NCBI RefSeq assembly: GCF_009914755.1
Contig: NC_060943.1
Source of the DNA: the human T2T-CHM13v2.0 reference genome, Homo sapiens
Strand: one strand, 5' to 3'
DNA: 64,000 nucleotides
Shown: piece by piece, positions 51,278 through 64,000 of the stretch
Layout of the letters: each line of letters starts with the position of its first letter
Position numbering within the stretch: the first letter of the stretch is position 1
Translations under genes and position numbers: made by a program
Notes under the pieces: generated by a model
What the model saw: only the letters and a program-made list of their open reading frames with translations
What the model was told of the DNA's origin: nothing
The model's database searches: none

Positions 51278-51840
51278 TTAAAATGCAGAGTTGAGTAGTA
51301 TTAGTCTATTCCCATTGTTGTGCAGCCATCACCACTGTCCATTTCCAGAACTTTCCATCATCCAAAACTGAAACTCTGTAGCCCTTAAACAACTCCTCCC
51401 AGCCCCTGGCAGCCTCCATTCTACTGTTTGTATGTATGAATTTGATGACTCAAGACACCTCGTCTAAGTGGAACCAGGCAGTATTTGTCCTTCTGTGCCT
51501 GGCTTATTTCACTGAGCATCATGTCCCCAAGGTTCACCCAAGCTGCAGCGTGTGTCAGAGTTTCCTTCCTTTTGAAGGCTGAGTAATATTCCCCCGAATA
51601 GATGGACCACACTTTGTTACCCACTCCCCTGTCAATGGACCTTTGGGTTGCTTCCGCGTCTTCCTTCTGTGAACACGTGACTGCCCACAGCTTCATTCCT
51701 AGGCCATGCAGGAGTGAACGGCCGATACAGAGATATTAATCAATATCTTCATAATGAGGGCAGGAATAAAGGAGAAGATAAGTGAATGATGAGAGGATGT
51801 CTCAGACACCTGCACAGCTGACTAGAAAACTAAGATTTCT

Positions 51841-52157
51841 GGCCAGGCATGGTGGCTCACGCTTGTAATACTAGCACTTTGGGAGACCAAGGAGGGAGGA
51901 TCACTTGAGCCCAGGAGTTTGAAACCAGCTTGGGCAACACAGCAAGACCCTATCTCTACAAAAAATAAAAAATTAGCCAGATGTGGTGGCACATGCCTGT
52001 AGTCCCAGCTACTCAGGAGGCTGAGGCAGGAGGGTCACTTGAGCCTGGGGAGGTTGAGGTTGCAGTGAGCCATGATCGTGCCCCTGCACTCCAGCCTGGG
52101 CGACAGAGTGAGACCCTGTCTCAAAAAGGAAAACGAAAAGAAAGAAAGAAAAAGAAA
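51841..52157 (+). mobile_element. Alu (AluJ-like)
   Basis: Alu consensus. Confidence 0.9.
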
Positions 52158-52372
52158 TCGATTTCTGAGCCTGTAGAGGCTGAGCACAATCTGGTTTTTC
52201 CCTTCCATAAAGTCCTTATCCACGGACGTGATTTAACACACATAAATCACAGTCACCGGCAGTGGATAAAAACCTCGGCCTCAAGTCCTCGTCTCTGCCT
52301 TTCTATCCCTCCAGCTGGGCCAATTTCTGGTCCATTATTTCAGGGCTCAATCCCAGCCCCTCCCCAGCTCTC

Positions 52373-52460
52373 ATGGCCATGGGAAATTGAGGTAAGCTCA
52401 GACTGCTGTCATGGAAACCAGAGTAATTGGGAGAAAAGGCAGAGCGCTGAAGAATGCTGT
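52373..52460 (+). promoter_or_regulatory. X-box module copy 9 (double X-box, 3' truncated)
   Basis: ATGGCCATGGGAAAT at 52373-52387, 17-nt gap containing GCTCAGACT, GCTGTCATGGAAAC at 52405-52418. Confidence 0.6.
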
Positions 52461-52570
52461 ACAACGTTATTAGTATTCGTATATGCCAGATCTTATACAA
52501 ATATATGAAAATGCTATCATTTGTTGTAAAAAAAATTATAGTTAGAAATAAATGCACATAAAGATGCTCA

Positions 52571-52935
<365 letters not shown>

Positions 52936-53094
52936 CTAACTCAAGTTAGAGGCCTACTTTAAACCTTCAGCCAAAAATCCGTTAAAAATACACAAGCAGT
53001 TAGTATTTATAAGAGCTTCTACTAGAAAATTCTTCCAAAAGATCTTCGCAGAGGCAGAAAACAAATAACAATTGAGAGACAGGGTTGTAAGGGG

Positions 53095-53412
53095 GTGCTA
53101 TGGTCTGAATGTAAGTACCTCCTCCCACCGAATTCCTCTATTGCAACCCTAACCCACAAGGTGGAGGTATTAGGAGGTGGGGGCCCCAAGGAGGTGATCA
53201 GGGCATGAGCGCCTTCGCCCCCCGACCATTCGAAGATACAGTGAGAAGAGGCCACCTGTGCACCTGGAAACGGGCCTTCAGCAGACACTGCCCCTGCTGG
53301 TGCCTTAAACTTGAACTTCTGGCCTCCAGAACCATGAGAAATCAATGTCTGTTGTTTATAAGCCACTCGGTCTATGGTATTTTGTTGTAGCAGCCTGACT
53401 GGGCTAAAACAC
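53095..53412 (+). mobile_element. MaLR LTR (MLT1A/MST-like)
   Basis: TGCTATGGTCTGAATG ... GGTATTTTGTTGTAGCAGCC. Confidence 0.7.
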
Positions 53413-53716
53413 AGGGTTTAAATACTAGGGCAATGACCGATAAACAACAATCACGTTCATAACACCCTGAAAATGAACACTTGCAAATAACGTGAGAAGG
53501 AACGAATTTTGCTTTATCACACGATGAACTATAACATTTCACAAGTCAACAAAAACGAGAAAAGTGCACACAGAGATGAACGGGCGAGGCTTCTCACGAG
53601 GAATGCAGACAGGAAAACCTTCTGTGCTTTTCCCAGTAATCTGAGAAATTCATGGGAAACGCACACATGAAATCCAATTTTCTCCTAATGGATGGACAGA
53701 CAGCAGAAAGGATGGA

Positions 53717-53822
53717 GCAATTAGGCATTGCCATGGAAACCTGATTGAGAAGGAGAAGGGGAGGAGCTGAGAAGAGGGGCCGAGAGCACCCCTCACCCTC
53801 AGGCTCTGCAGCCAGACAGTGA
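53717..53822 (+). promoter_or_regulatory. X-box module copy 10 (kB site lost)
   Basis: ATTGCCATGGAAAC at 53727-53740; spacer contains GAGCTGAGAAGAGGGGCCGAGAG; 3' CAGGCTCTGCAGCCAG at 53800-53815. Confidence 0.65.
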
Positions 53823-53887
53823 AGGGCCAGCCAGGCTGCAGGGTATATGCAGGTGTATTTGTGGGTGGATAATTAAAATGAGGGACA

Positions 53888-54173
53888 GGCCGGGTGAGGT
53901 GGCTCACACCTGTAATCCCCGCACTTTGGGAGGCCGAGGTGGGAGGATTGCTTGAGGCTGGGAGTTTGAGAGCAGCCTGGGCAACACAGGGAGATCTGTG
54001 TCTCCAAAAATAATTAGCCAGGTGTGGTGGTGTGCACCTGTGGTCCCAGCTACTCAGGAGGCTGAGGCGAGAGGATTGCTTGAGCCCGGGAGATTGAGGC
54101 TGCAGTGAGCCATAACTGCACAAATGCACTCCAGCCTGGGCAACAGAGTGAGACCTTGTCAAAAAAAAAAAAA
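53888..54173 (+). mobile_element. Alu (AluJ-like)
   Basis: Alu consensus. Confidence 0.9.
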
Positions 54174-54518
54174 GAGCAGAGGTGGCTTCTCAATTTGGGA
54201 GAACAATCTCTTCTACCTCGTTGGGTCACTGCGAGAACTGGATGATGTTTGTAAAGCATGTGGCCCGTTTCTGGCGTGCATGTGCTGGGATTTCCACAGG
54301 GACAGGTAGAGGTGCAGCTAGGAGAATCCCCAGGATGTGGGGGAAGCTGGGCAGAGCACAGATCCCTGGGGTTTACCCCAGTTGAATGAAGATCTCTTGA
54401 TTGGAAAACTGCACTTCCTCTCACAATATGACAGAGGTCCGTGTTAGCCTGCTATATTTATTTGTGTGTATTTGTGTCCTTTTTTTTTTTACTATTTATT
54501 ATTTGCTGAAATATTCTT

Positions 54519-54881
<363 letters not shown>

Positions 54882-55529
54882 TAACTGTGGTTCTCCATTC
54901 ATCCCAGTGTGTTCCCTGAAAGCAGAGATCCTTCTCCAAATTCATGTTGAAGTCCTAAACCCCAGTACCTCAGAATGAGATTGTATTTTGAGATGGGCCT
55001 TTACAGAGGTAATTAAGGTTAAATGATATTATCAGGGTAGGCCCTAATCCAATATGGCTGGTGTCCTTATAGAAGAGGAGATTAGGACACAGACACACAC
55101 AGGGGGATGACCACGTGAGGAGAGGAGGGAAGACGGCCAAATACGAGCCAAGCAGAGACACCTTAGCAGAAACCAACCCTGCCCACACCTTGATGTTGAC
55201 CTGCAGCCTCCAGAACTGTGAAAATTTTCTGTTACATGAGCCACCCAGTCTGTGGTACTTTATTATGGCTGCCAGAGCAGACTAAGACAGTCACCCATTT
55301 AAGGGGAAAAAAAAGGAAGTTCAGGTTGAAGAAACAGGAAACATTCTGAAAACATGCATATAATCAACAAGAAAACAAAGAATTATTTAGCATATTAGAA
55401 ATGGAAAAAAAGTCCGGGCGCGATGGCTCATGCAGGTAATCCCAGCACTTCGGGAGGCTGAGGCAGGCAGATCACCTGAGGTCAGGAGTTCGAGACCAGC
55501 CTGGCCAATATGGTGCATCCCCGTCTAGA

Positions 55530-55787
55530 ATATGAAGCAGGCAGAAGAACGTGAAAAACTAGACTGGCTTAGCCTCCCAGCCCACATCTTTCTCCCATGC
55601 TGGATGCTCCCTGCCATTAAACATCAGACTCCAAGTTCTTCAGTTTTGGGACTCGGACTGGCTCTCCTTGCTCCTCAGCTTGCAGATGGCCTATTGTGGG
55701 ACCTTGTGATCATGTGAGTTAATATTTAATAAACTCCCTAATATATCCTATCAGTTCTGTCCCTCTAGAGAACACTGACTAATACAC
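55530..55787 (+). mobile_element. MLT2-type ERVL LTR fragment
   Basis: CAGACTCCAAGTTCTTCAG...CCTATTGTGGGACCTTGTGATC...GACTAATACA. Confidence 0.75.
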
Positions 55788-57014
55788 CCAGACTTGCAGA
55801 ATCACCCTCACCTTCAACACCAGCATTCTGGCCTGGGGGCTGGACATGCAGGCTGGCCTGTTCCTTTGCAATCATCCCAGCATCACAGAGGCCACTGTGG
55901 CTGCATGGACCTATCACTCCTGACCTGTTGTTACTCCCTCTCCTCATCTTCCCTGTCCTGCCCCTTGAGACGGCTCCACTTCCTGAACTCCCCAAATCCA
56001 ACTTCCACATTCCATCTTCATTGCTAACACCCTGGACCAGGGCACTGAGATCTCTACCCTACAAGACCACGGCACCCTCCTCATGGGGCTCCCCACCTCC
56101 ACACCAGGCCCTGGGTCCTCCACCTTCCCAACAGGAGCCAGAGGGAGAGCTTTAAGTCATAAAACAGATGATGTTGCCTCTCCTTGCCATTCGGACTTAC
56201 AACTTTCCAGTGGCCTCCAATGAACCTACAATGAAATCCAAAATCCCCAGCATAAGAGTATGTAGGAGAAGGAATTTGAAAACATCTAGAAAAATCGCAT
56301 GCACATGTTCCCTCTGGCCCAGAGGTGATTGGTCAATACTTATCTAAACTGCAAACACACATAACCTTGAATTAAATACTGCAATTAAATTCTCAGAGTT
56401 CATCCAGAAGTCAGAGCAAGATTCGCCAACATAACATCTGTGTAATAAGACTGTTCAGTGTACCAGACTATTATTATTATTGTAACAGAAACTCATCAGG
56501 AAACGTGTCCATGAAATTGTCAGAAATCTGCAAATGCAATGTTCTATGGACATAAATAAGGATGTGTAATGTCTTTGTGTATTGATGATATAAGGTCGTC
56601 ACCAAGATGTGGCGTTAAGTGATAAAAGCGAAGTAGCACACGATGCAATCCTGGGTTTCTTGCTGTGTTTTTAAAAGAGGAGAAGGGAGTAAGGCTAAGG
56701 GTATATGCTGGTGCTGATATATGTACATAACAGCTCTGCAAGGAAACAGAACTGGAAATTGGATTTGTCGCTAGACTTTTGTGCAGACTTTTCTTCTAAA
56801 GAACCTAGTACTCAACTCAGCCATTGTGAGGGCAAAAGCAGTCACAGACAATTCATAATGAATGTGCTTGACTGTGCCCAATAAAACTTTATTTACAAAG
56901 ATCTGTAGAGCCAGATGTGGCCTGTGGAAAGGATAGTTTTCTGATCCCTGGTCCAGAGAATGAAAACTCGGGATGGGGAGGATAGATGAGGATCAAAATG
57001 GAAAAAGAAATGTA

Positions 57015-58875
57015 TCATCCCAAAATCAATGTACAAAAATGAGTAGCATTTCTATGCACCAGTAACATTCTAGATGAGAGCTAAATCAAGAACACAATCC
57101 CATTTACCATGGCCACACCAAAAAAAAAAAATACCTATAAGTATTTCTAACCAAGGAGGTGAAAGACCTCTACAAAAACCTCTACAAAAAAAACAAAACA
57201 GTGCTGAAAGAAATCAGTGATAACACAAGTAAATGGAAAACCATTCCATGCCCATGGTTAGGAAGAATCAATATTTTTTAAGTGGCCATACTTCTCAAAA
57301 CAATTTTACAGATTCAACGCTGTTCCCACCAAACTATCAACATCATTTTTCGCATAATTAGAAAAAACTATTTTAAAATTCATATGGAACCAAAAAAGAG
57401 CCTGAATAGCCAAAACGATCTGAAGCAAAAAGAACATAGCTGGAGGCATCGCATTACCCAACTTTAAACTATACTACAAGATTAGAGTAACCAAAACACC
57501 ATGGTACTGGTACAAAAATAGACACATAGACCACAGGACAGAATAGAGAGCATGGAAATAAATCTACACACCTACAGCCATCTGCTCTTCGACAAAGTCG
57601 ACAGAAATGAGCAATGAGAAAAGGACTTCTTATTCAGTAAATGGTGCTGGGATAACTGGCTAGCCATATACAGAAGATTGAAACAAGACACCTACCTATC
57701 ACCATATACAAAAACTAACTCCAGATGGATTCAAGGCTTAAATGTAAAATCTCAAACCATAAAAAATCCTAAAAGGAAATACCATTCTTGATATTGGCCT
57801 CAGCGAAGAATTTACAGCTAAGTCCTCAAAAGCAATTGCAACAAAAAAACAAACTGACAAGTGGACCTAATTAAACTGAAAAGCTTCTGCACAACAAGAG
57901 AAACTATCAAGGCAGTAAACAGACAACCTACAGAATGGGAGAAAACATTAAATAACTGCGCATCTGACAAAGGTCTAGTACCCAGAATCTTTAAGGAATT
58001 TAAGCAAATCAACAAGCAAAACCAAAATAATCCCATTAAAAAGTGGGTAAAGGACATGAATACACACTTGTCAATAGAGGACATTCAAGTGGCCAACAAA
58101 CAAAAGAAAAAATAGCATCACTAATCATCAGAGAAATGTAAATCAAAACCACAATGGGATACCATCTCACACCAGTCAGAATAGCTGTTTTTAAAAAGTT
58201 AAAAAATAACAGATGCTGGTGAGGTTGTGGAGAAAAGGGGACAGTTATACACTGCTGGGAGTATAAATTAGTCCAGTCACTGGAGATTTATCAAAGTACT
58301 AAGAGTTGAACTACCATTTGACCAAGCAATCCCAATATTGGATATAAATCCAAAAGAAAATAAATTATTCTACCAAAAAGACACATGCACCCAAATGTTC
58401 ATCGCAGCACTATTCACAATAGCAAAAAAGGACTCACTATTCACGATAGCAAAAATGGTGCCTATCAATAGTGGATTGTGGTGGCCAGGCGCAGTGGCTC
58501 ACACCTATAATCCCAGCACTTTGGGAGGCTCAGGCGGGTGGATCACAAGGTCAGGAGTTCGAGACCAGCCTGGCCAACATAGTGAAACCCTGTCTCTACT
58601 AAAAATACAAAAATTAGCTGGGCATGGTGGTGTGCACCTGTAGTCCAAGCTACTCAGGAGTCTGAGGCAGGAGAATCAGGTGAACCTGGGAGACGGAGGT
58701 TATGCTGAGCTGAGATTGTGCCACTGCACTCCAGCCTGGGCAACAGAGTAAGACTCCATCTCAAAAAAAAAAAAAAGAACATGTGGTACATATACACCAT
58801 GGAATACTATACAGCCATGAAAAAGAATGAAATTTTGTCCTTTGCAGCAACATGGTTGCAGCTGGAGGCCTTGAG
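57015..58875 (+). mobile_element. L1 ORF2 3' half with an Alu (58483-58775)
   Basis: [10 protein letters not shown]...[12 protein letters not shown]2 remnant. Confidence 0.9.
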
Positions 58876-58973
58876 CTGCTGGCCCATCACACAAGCCCAA
58901 CCTGGCCTACCTGGTGCCCATTGATCCAACCTGAATCCTCTTGAGAGCTTTTACCTGTTGTGATGAGGGAGGA

Positions 58974-59035
58974 AGTCTCAGGATTGGCCATGGAAGCTGC
59001 AGCTGAAGCAAGGGAGGAGAAGGGCCGGCAGAATA
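58974..59035 (+). promoter_or_regulatory. X-box module copy 11 (partial)
   Basis: TCTCAGGA-TTGGCCATGGAAGC (58984-58997)-TGCAGCTG followed by a purine-rich tract. Confidence 0.5.
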
Positions 59036-60497
59036 GTCCCCAAAGTATATCGTTAAGTAAAAAGCAGGCCCCAAAGAGGATATATGAGATGCTCTCATTG
59101 GTTGTTTAAAATAAGAGGGGAAGATTATGGTTTGGATATAGATGACTGAATAGATACATAGATAGATAGATGATCAATAGATGGATATATATATATATGG
59201 CAGATAGGTAGATAACACAGATGAAAGATTGATAGATGGATAGATATATATGTAATAGATAAGATAGATGATTGATAGATACTTGATAAATAGCTAGATA
59301 GATGACAGATAGATGGATAGATAAGATATATAGATGGGTGACTGATGGATGAATAGATATACACACAATAGATAGATGATATGTACTGATAGACAATAGA
59401 TTAATTATAGAAAGAAAGAAAGAAAAAAGAGATAGGGAGAGAGAAGGAAGGAAGAGAGGAACGAAAAAAGGAAGGGAAGGAGGAAGGAAGAGAGGGAGGC
59501 AGAAAAGAGAAGGAAAATGTGTGAAATGACAAAAGGGAGAAGTAAGAGGATGAGGGATCAAGGCTGAGAGAAAGGTTCTTCTCTGTATCACCTTTGGAAC
59601 TGTTTGAGCATGTATTACTTCTCCAAAAAACAAATTAAGATATGAAGTCCACAATCAGGATTGAACAAAAAATGCTAGCCACGTAAATACCGTCCTATCA
59701 GAATCTGCCCTCACACTTTCCACCATAACCAATTTCAAGTGGATTGGAAATGAACACCAATGTGACCTCTGTACCCAGGCTTTCCAAAATATAACAGCAG
59801 ACTTAGATCACACGGAGGACATGATGACACAAGTAGCAGCAAGCAGCTTTTGAAATCTTCCTGATATCACACCTCTGTTAAGTAATTTGCAAATATTATA
59901 TTGATCAGTCTCAAAAAAGGGAGTTGTGTTTGCAATAACAGCAGCGTTAACTGACCACTTACTATGTGCCAGGCACTCTCGTGACTTATATTTTTCTATA
60001 AATCTATATTTTAATTTATATATAATTAAATACTTTACATATAATTATATTTTTTAAATTTATATAAAATTCTTTGAATCCTCACACAACACCTGTGTGA
60101 GAGGAACTGTTTTTATCTTCAACACACAGATTTGGAAACTGATATTAAGGGAATTGCATAAGTCACCAGCTGAGAGGTGGAAAAGCCAAGATGCACACTC
60201 AGGCTGTGTGACTACCTCCTCTCCTTCCCCCTCCTCACCCTGTCCATCACCACTTCCCGTTCGTTCCACTTCCAGAACACTCCAAATCCATTTATCTCAA
60301 TGGCCAAAACTGACACCAGACCCTGTCTCTCTCCCTCCAATGACCCCAAAGCAACCGCTTCAAGGATCTCTCTAATTCCATGCTAGCCACTTTGCTATTT
60401 TCTTCATGTTACTTCCCACATGTGAGCAATGGGATAAAAATAACTACTATTGAGTGTGTGTGTGTGTGTGTGTGTGCGTGTTTTCAATGAATGAAGC

Positions 60498-61078
60498 AGT
60501 AAACCAAAAACAAGATTCTAAGCCCCCAACCATCTGAATGGACTCCTCCCATCCACAGGGCATTCTAAAGTTAACCTGAAAAAAGTCGTTTAGGCCATGA
60601 TAGTAAAGAGGAACCAAACATGCCTCATTCTACCCTCCTCTCTTTTGAAATTACTCATAGAACAAGCTTCTTAAGTCTGATAACAAAACTTTGCAATCTA
60701 TTTTCTGAAGCCTGCTACCTGGAGGCTTCATCTGCATGATAAAACTTTAGTCTCCATAACCCATTATTATAACCCAGACATTCCTTTCTATTGATAATAA
60801 CTCCTTCAACCAATTGCCAATCAGAAAACCTTTAAATCTACTTATGACCTGGCAGCACCCACCTCGAGCTCTCCCACCTCTTTGGATTAAACCAATGTAT
60901 ACCTTGTATTGATTGATGTCTCACATCTCCTTAACATGTATAAAACCAAGCTGTACCTCAACCACCTTGGGCACACGTCGTCAGTACTTCCTGAGGCTGT
61001 CATGGGTGCGTCCTTAACCTTGGCAAAATAAACTTCCTAAATTGATTGAGACCTGTCTCAGATACTCTTTCATTCACA
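60498..61078 (+). mobile_element. MER4-family ERV1 LTR
   Basis: GTAAACCAAAAACAAGATTCTAAGCCCCCAACCATCTGAATGGAC ... TTCACA. Confidence 0.7.
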
Positions 61079-61149
61079 AATCTGTACATATTGTCATGGG
61101 AGCATCTGGCAGTAGTCAGTGCTTTATGGTCATTGGTTATTAAGTTCAA

Positions 61150-61462
61150 TCATGTCTCACATAACGACTGCATATATGACGGTGGTCCCATAAGATTATC
61201 ATACCACAGATTTACCATACATTTTCTATGTTTAGGTACACTGATACTTACCATTGTGTTACAGTTGCTTACAGTATTCACTACAGTAGCTTGCTGTCCA
61301 GGTTTATACTCTCAGACCAGCCCTGTACCTTGTAGCCCAGGTATGTAGCAGGCTCTGGCATCCAGGCTGGCGTAAGTGCACTCCAGGATGTTCCACAATA
61401 AAGAACTCACCTAACGAGGCATTTCTCAGAATACATTTCTGTCTTTAGTGATGCATGACAGT
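61150..61462. mobile_element. Tigger3/Golem-like DNA transposon
   Basis: ACGGTGGTCCCATAAGATTAT ... GATGCATGACAGTA. Confidence 0.65.
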
Positions 61463-61490
61463 ACATGCACCATAATAAAGAAATATTAAT

Positions 61491-61810
61491 AGGCTGGGTG
61501 CAGTGGCTCGCGCCTGTCATCCCAGCACTTTGGGAGGCCGAGGTGGGCAGACTACGTGAGGTCGGGAGTTCAAGACCAGCCTGACCAACATGGAGAAACC
61601 CCGTCTCTACTAAAAATACAAAATTAGCCAGGCGTGGTGGCACGTACCTGTAATCCCAGCTACTCAGGAGGCTGAGGCAGGAGAATTGCTTGAACCTGGG
61701 AGATGGAGGTTGAGATGATCATGCCATTGCACTCCAGCCTGGGCGACAAGAGAGAGACTCTGTCTCAAAAAGAAAAGAAAAGAAAAGAAAAGAAAAGAAA
61801 AGAAAAGAAA
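61491..61810 (+). mobile_element. Alu with (GAAAA)n tail
   Basis: Alu consensus. Confidence 0.9.
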
Positions 61811-62721
61811 TATTAATATAAGCCATGACCAATTCACACTGTTTATATAGTAACATAAATATCAGTACATATTCAGTGCTCAAGCCGCCATCATCTCTCC
61901 CCTGGATGGCAGCAGCTGCAGCCTCTCACTGACTCTCTGACTCCACGCCAGCCTCTCTCTCATCCCTCCTCCACTCAGGAGCCAGAAGGAGAATTGACAA
62001 CACTCACAGACCACATCACCTCCACAATCAAGACTCAGTGTCTTCTCAGAAGAGCACTATTCACATTTCTTATCTTGGTTCTGGAAGGTCCTGCCTTTCT
62101 CCCCTTGCCTTCCTCTCCCACCCCATTCCTGCCACTGGCCCTGAACTCACCCTACCCAGCCCACCTCAGCCTATTCCATTTCCTTCTCACCTCTGGGCAT
62201 CGGCACCTGCTGGCTCCCCAAACATCTCTATGGCAGGCTCCTTCTAACCAGTCGGACCTCAGCCCTGGTGTCACTGACCACAGATGGTGTTCCCAGACCC
62301 TCCTGACTGACCTCTGACACACATCTGTGCTACCTCCTGTAGAGAGTCCATTCTTTTTGGAGATCAGTTCTCGTGTCTGTTAAGTCGTGTATTTGTTGTC
62401 CACCTTCTCCACATAAATTGTAGCTTCTTGAGGTCCAATGTCTCATCTTTCTTATCTGGGGCACATAGGTGGTACTAAATACATTACTGTTCATCTGGTA
62501 TTGTTTTATGTAACTTTCTGGTTAATGACTGCTTTACCCATTCATTCTAACCATCAGCAAGGAAGGAGTTGTTCACATTTATGATCTCAGTGGCTACAAT
62601 AGCTACTGGATGGATGAATGCATGACAGATGGATGAATGCATGACAGATGGATGAATCATGGAAGGATGGTTGATTGGAGGGATGTCTGGGTGGGCTGAT
62701 GACTAGTTAGATAAATGCACA

Positions 62722-63160
62722 AATGGATGGTTTGTTGAACTGATGGTTGCGTGGATGTATGTATGTTATGGATTGATGGGTGATCAATGGGTAGACGAAT
62801 GAATGGATGGCTGGTTGAATTGATGGTTGCGTGGAGGTATGTATGTTATGGATGGATGGGTGCTCAATGGATAGATGAATGAATGGATGGTTTGCTGAAC
62901 TGATGGTTGTGTGGATGTATGTGTGTTATGGATGGATGGGTGATCAATGGATAGATGAATGAATGGATGGCTGGTTGAATTGATGGTTGCGTGGAAGTAT
63001 GTATGTTATGGATGGATGGGTGATCAATGGATAGATGAATGAATGGATGGTTTGCTGAATTGATGGTTGTGTGGATGTATGTGTGTTATGGATGGATGAG
63101 TGATCAATGGATAGATGAATGAATGATGGCTGGTTGAATTGATGGTTGTGTGGATGGATG
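62722..63160. repeat. 80-bp minisatellite with alternating A/B units
   Basis: TGATGGTTGY anchors at 62741, 62821, 62901, 62981, 63061 and 63140. Confidence 0.9.
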
Positions 63161-63534
63161 ATATATCAATGAATGGATGGCTCGTTGGATATATGGACAG
63201 GTGCATGGGTATTAGATGGATGCATAAATTGCTGGGTGGATGGATTTGTGGATGGATCAAAACGATGGGTGGATAAATGGATGTATGAATAGATGGATAG
63301 GTTCCTAATGAGAAATGACAATGTCTGTGTTACTCACACTAACAGAATGGAATGTGAATTGAAACCTGATGATTTCCTTGAGAGTCAGAAGAGGATTTCA
63401 AACACCCTACCCAAGACATTTAGCACTGACAAAATCCATGTGGTGACCTCTGCTGGGGTCCCCAGATTGCCCCTCCACAGCTGCGCTGCTCTTGCTTCCC
63501 TCCACCACCCTATTCTGCCCAAGGAGGCTCCCAC

Positions 63535-63660
63535 CTGCCATAGGGATGGGCCCCCAGATCCACTGTTGCCTTGGAGGTGAGGCAGGAAAGAGCTGAGGAA
63601 GGGGCAGAGAGAGCCGGGAGACTGGAATGTTCCTGACTCTGCAGTCAGTGTGTGGCTTCA
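63535..63660 (+). promoter_or_regulatory. X-box/kB module copy 12
   Basis: CTGCCATAGGGAT at 63535-63547, 17-nt gap, GTTGCCTTGGAGGT at 63565-63578, shortened 45-nt spacer, GGAGACTGGAATGTTCCTGACTCTGCAGTCAG (kB-like site 63624-63633). Confidence 0.7.
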
Positions 63661-64000
63661 GTGTGAAGGCCCAGGCACACAGAGGCCAGAGAACAGAAAT
63701 ATTTTGGGAACAAATACGTGAATAGAAGTGACTGACTCCACCTCACTGAGCCTATGCTTAACCTTCTGAAATGGGGAAAGCAATCATGTCTAGCTCATTG
63801 AGTCATTTGAGAATTAAATCAGAGGGTGCTTATAAGGAGCTCAGCCCCTCCTGACAGGAGACAGGTGTCACTCTAATTGAGCCTTAGAGATCCCTGCACC
63901 AGGATCCCCTGGTGTGGAGGGATGGCTGCTATAAATGCAGGTGCCCAGGCCCATGCCAGACCTGCTGAAGGAAAGTGCTTGCCTAAGAAAACCTACCCTC

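Overview
Primate (very probably human) intergenic or intronic DNA. I can support no protein-coding gene or known RNA gene: the long ORFs are Alu, L1 or simple-repeat artefacts. Most of the window is interspersed repeats: dozens of Alus, L1/L2/MIR fragments, MaLR and ERV1 LTRs, Tigger/MER DNA transposons and minisatellites. The main signal lies in the unique DNA between the repeats. About 12 dispersed, diverged copies of a ~110-130 bp module recur there, 11 of them on the + strand. The consensus is GGCTCAGGCT-GTTGCCATGGAAAC (RFX X-box)-YGCAGC, then a purine-rich spacer of about 57-64 bp, then CTGGAATTTTCCAG (NF-kB/Rel-like)-RCTCTGCAG. A second X-box-like site often sits 17 bp upstream. This looks like an ancient, locally amplified cis-regulatory family. 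Also notable: a possible Helitron/PIF1-helicase coding fossil at ~17.7-18.5 kb (minus strand), a ~275 bp local inverted duplication and a 5'-inverted L1. Repeat subfamily names come from recognition, not from a database search, and repeat boundaries are approximate.
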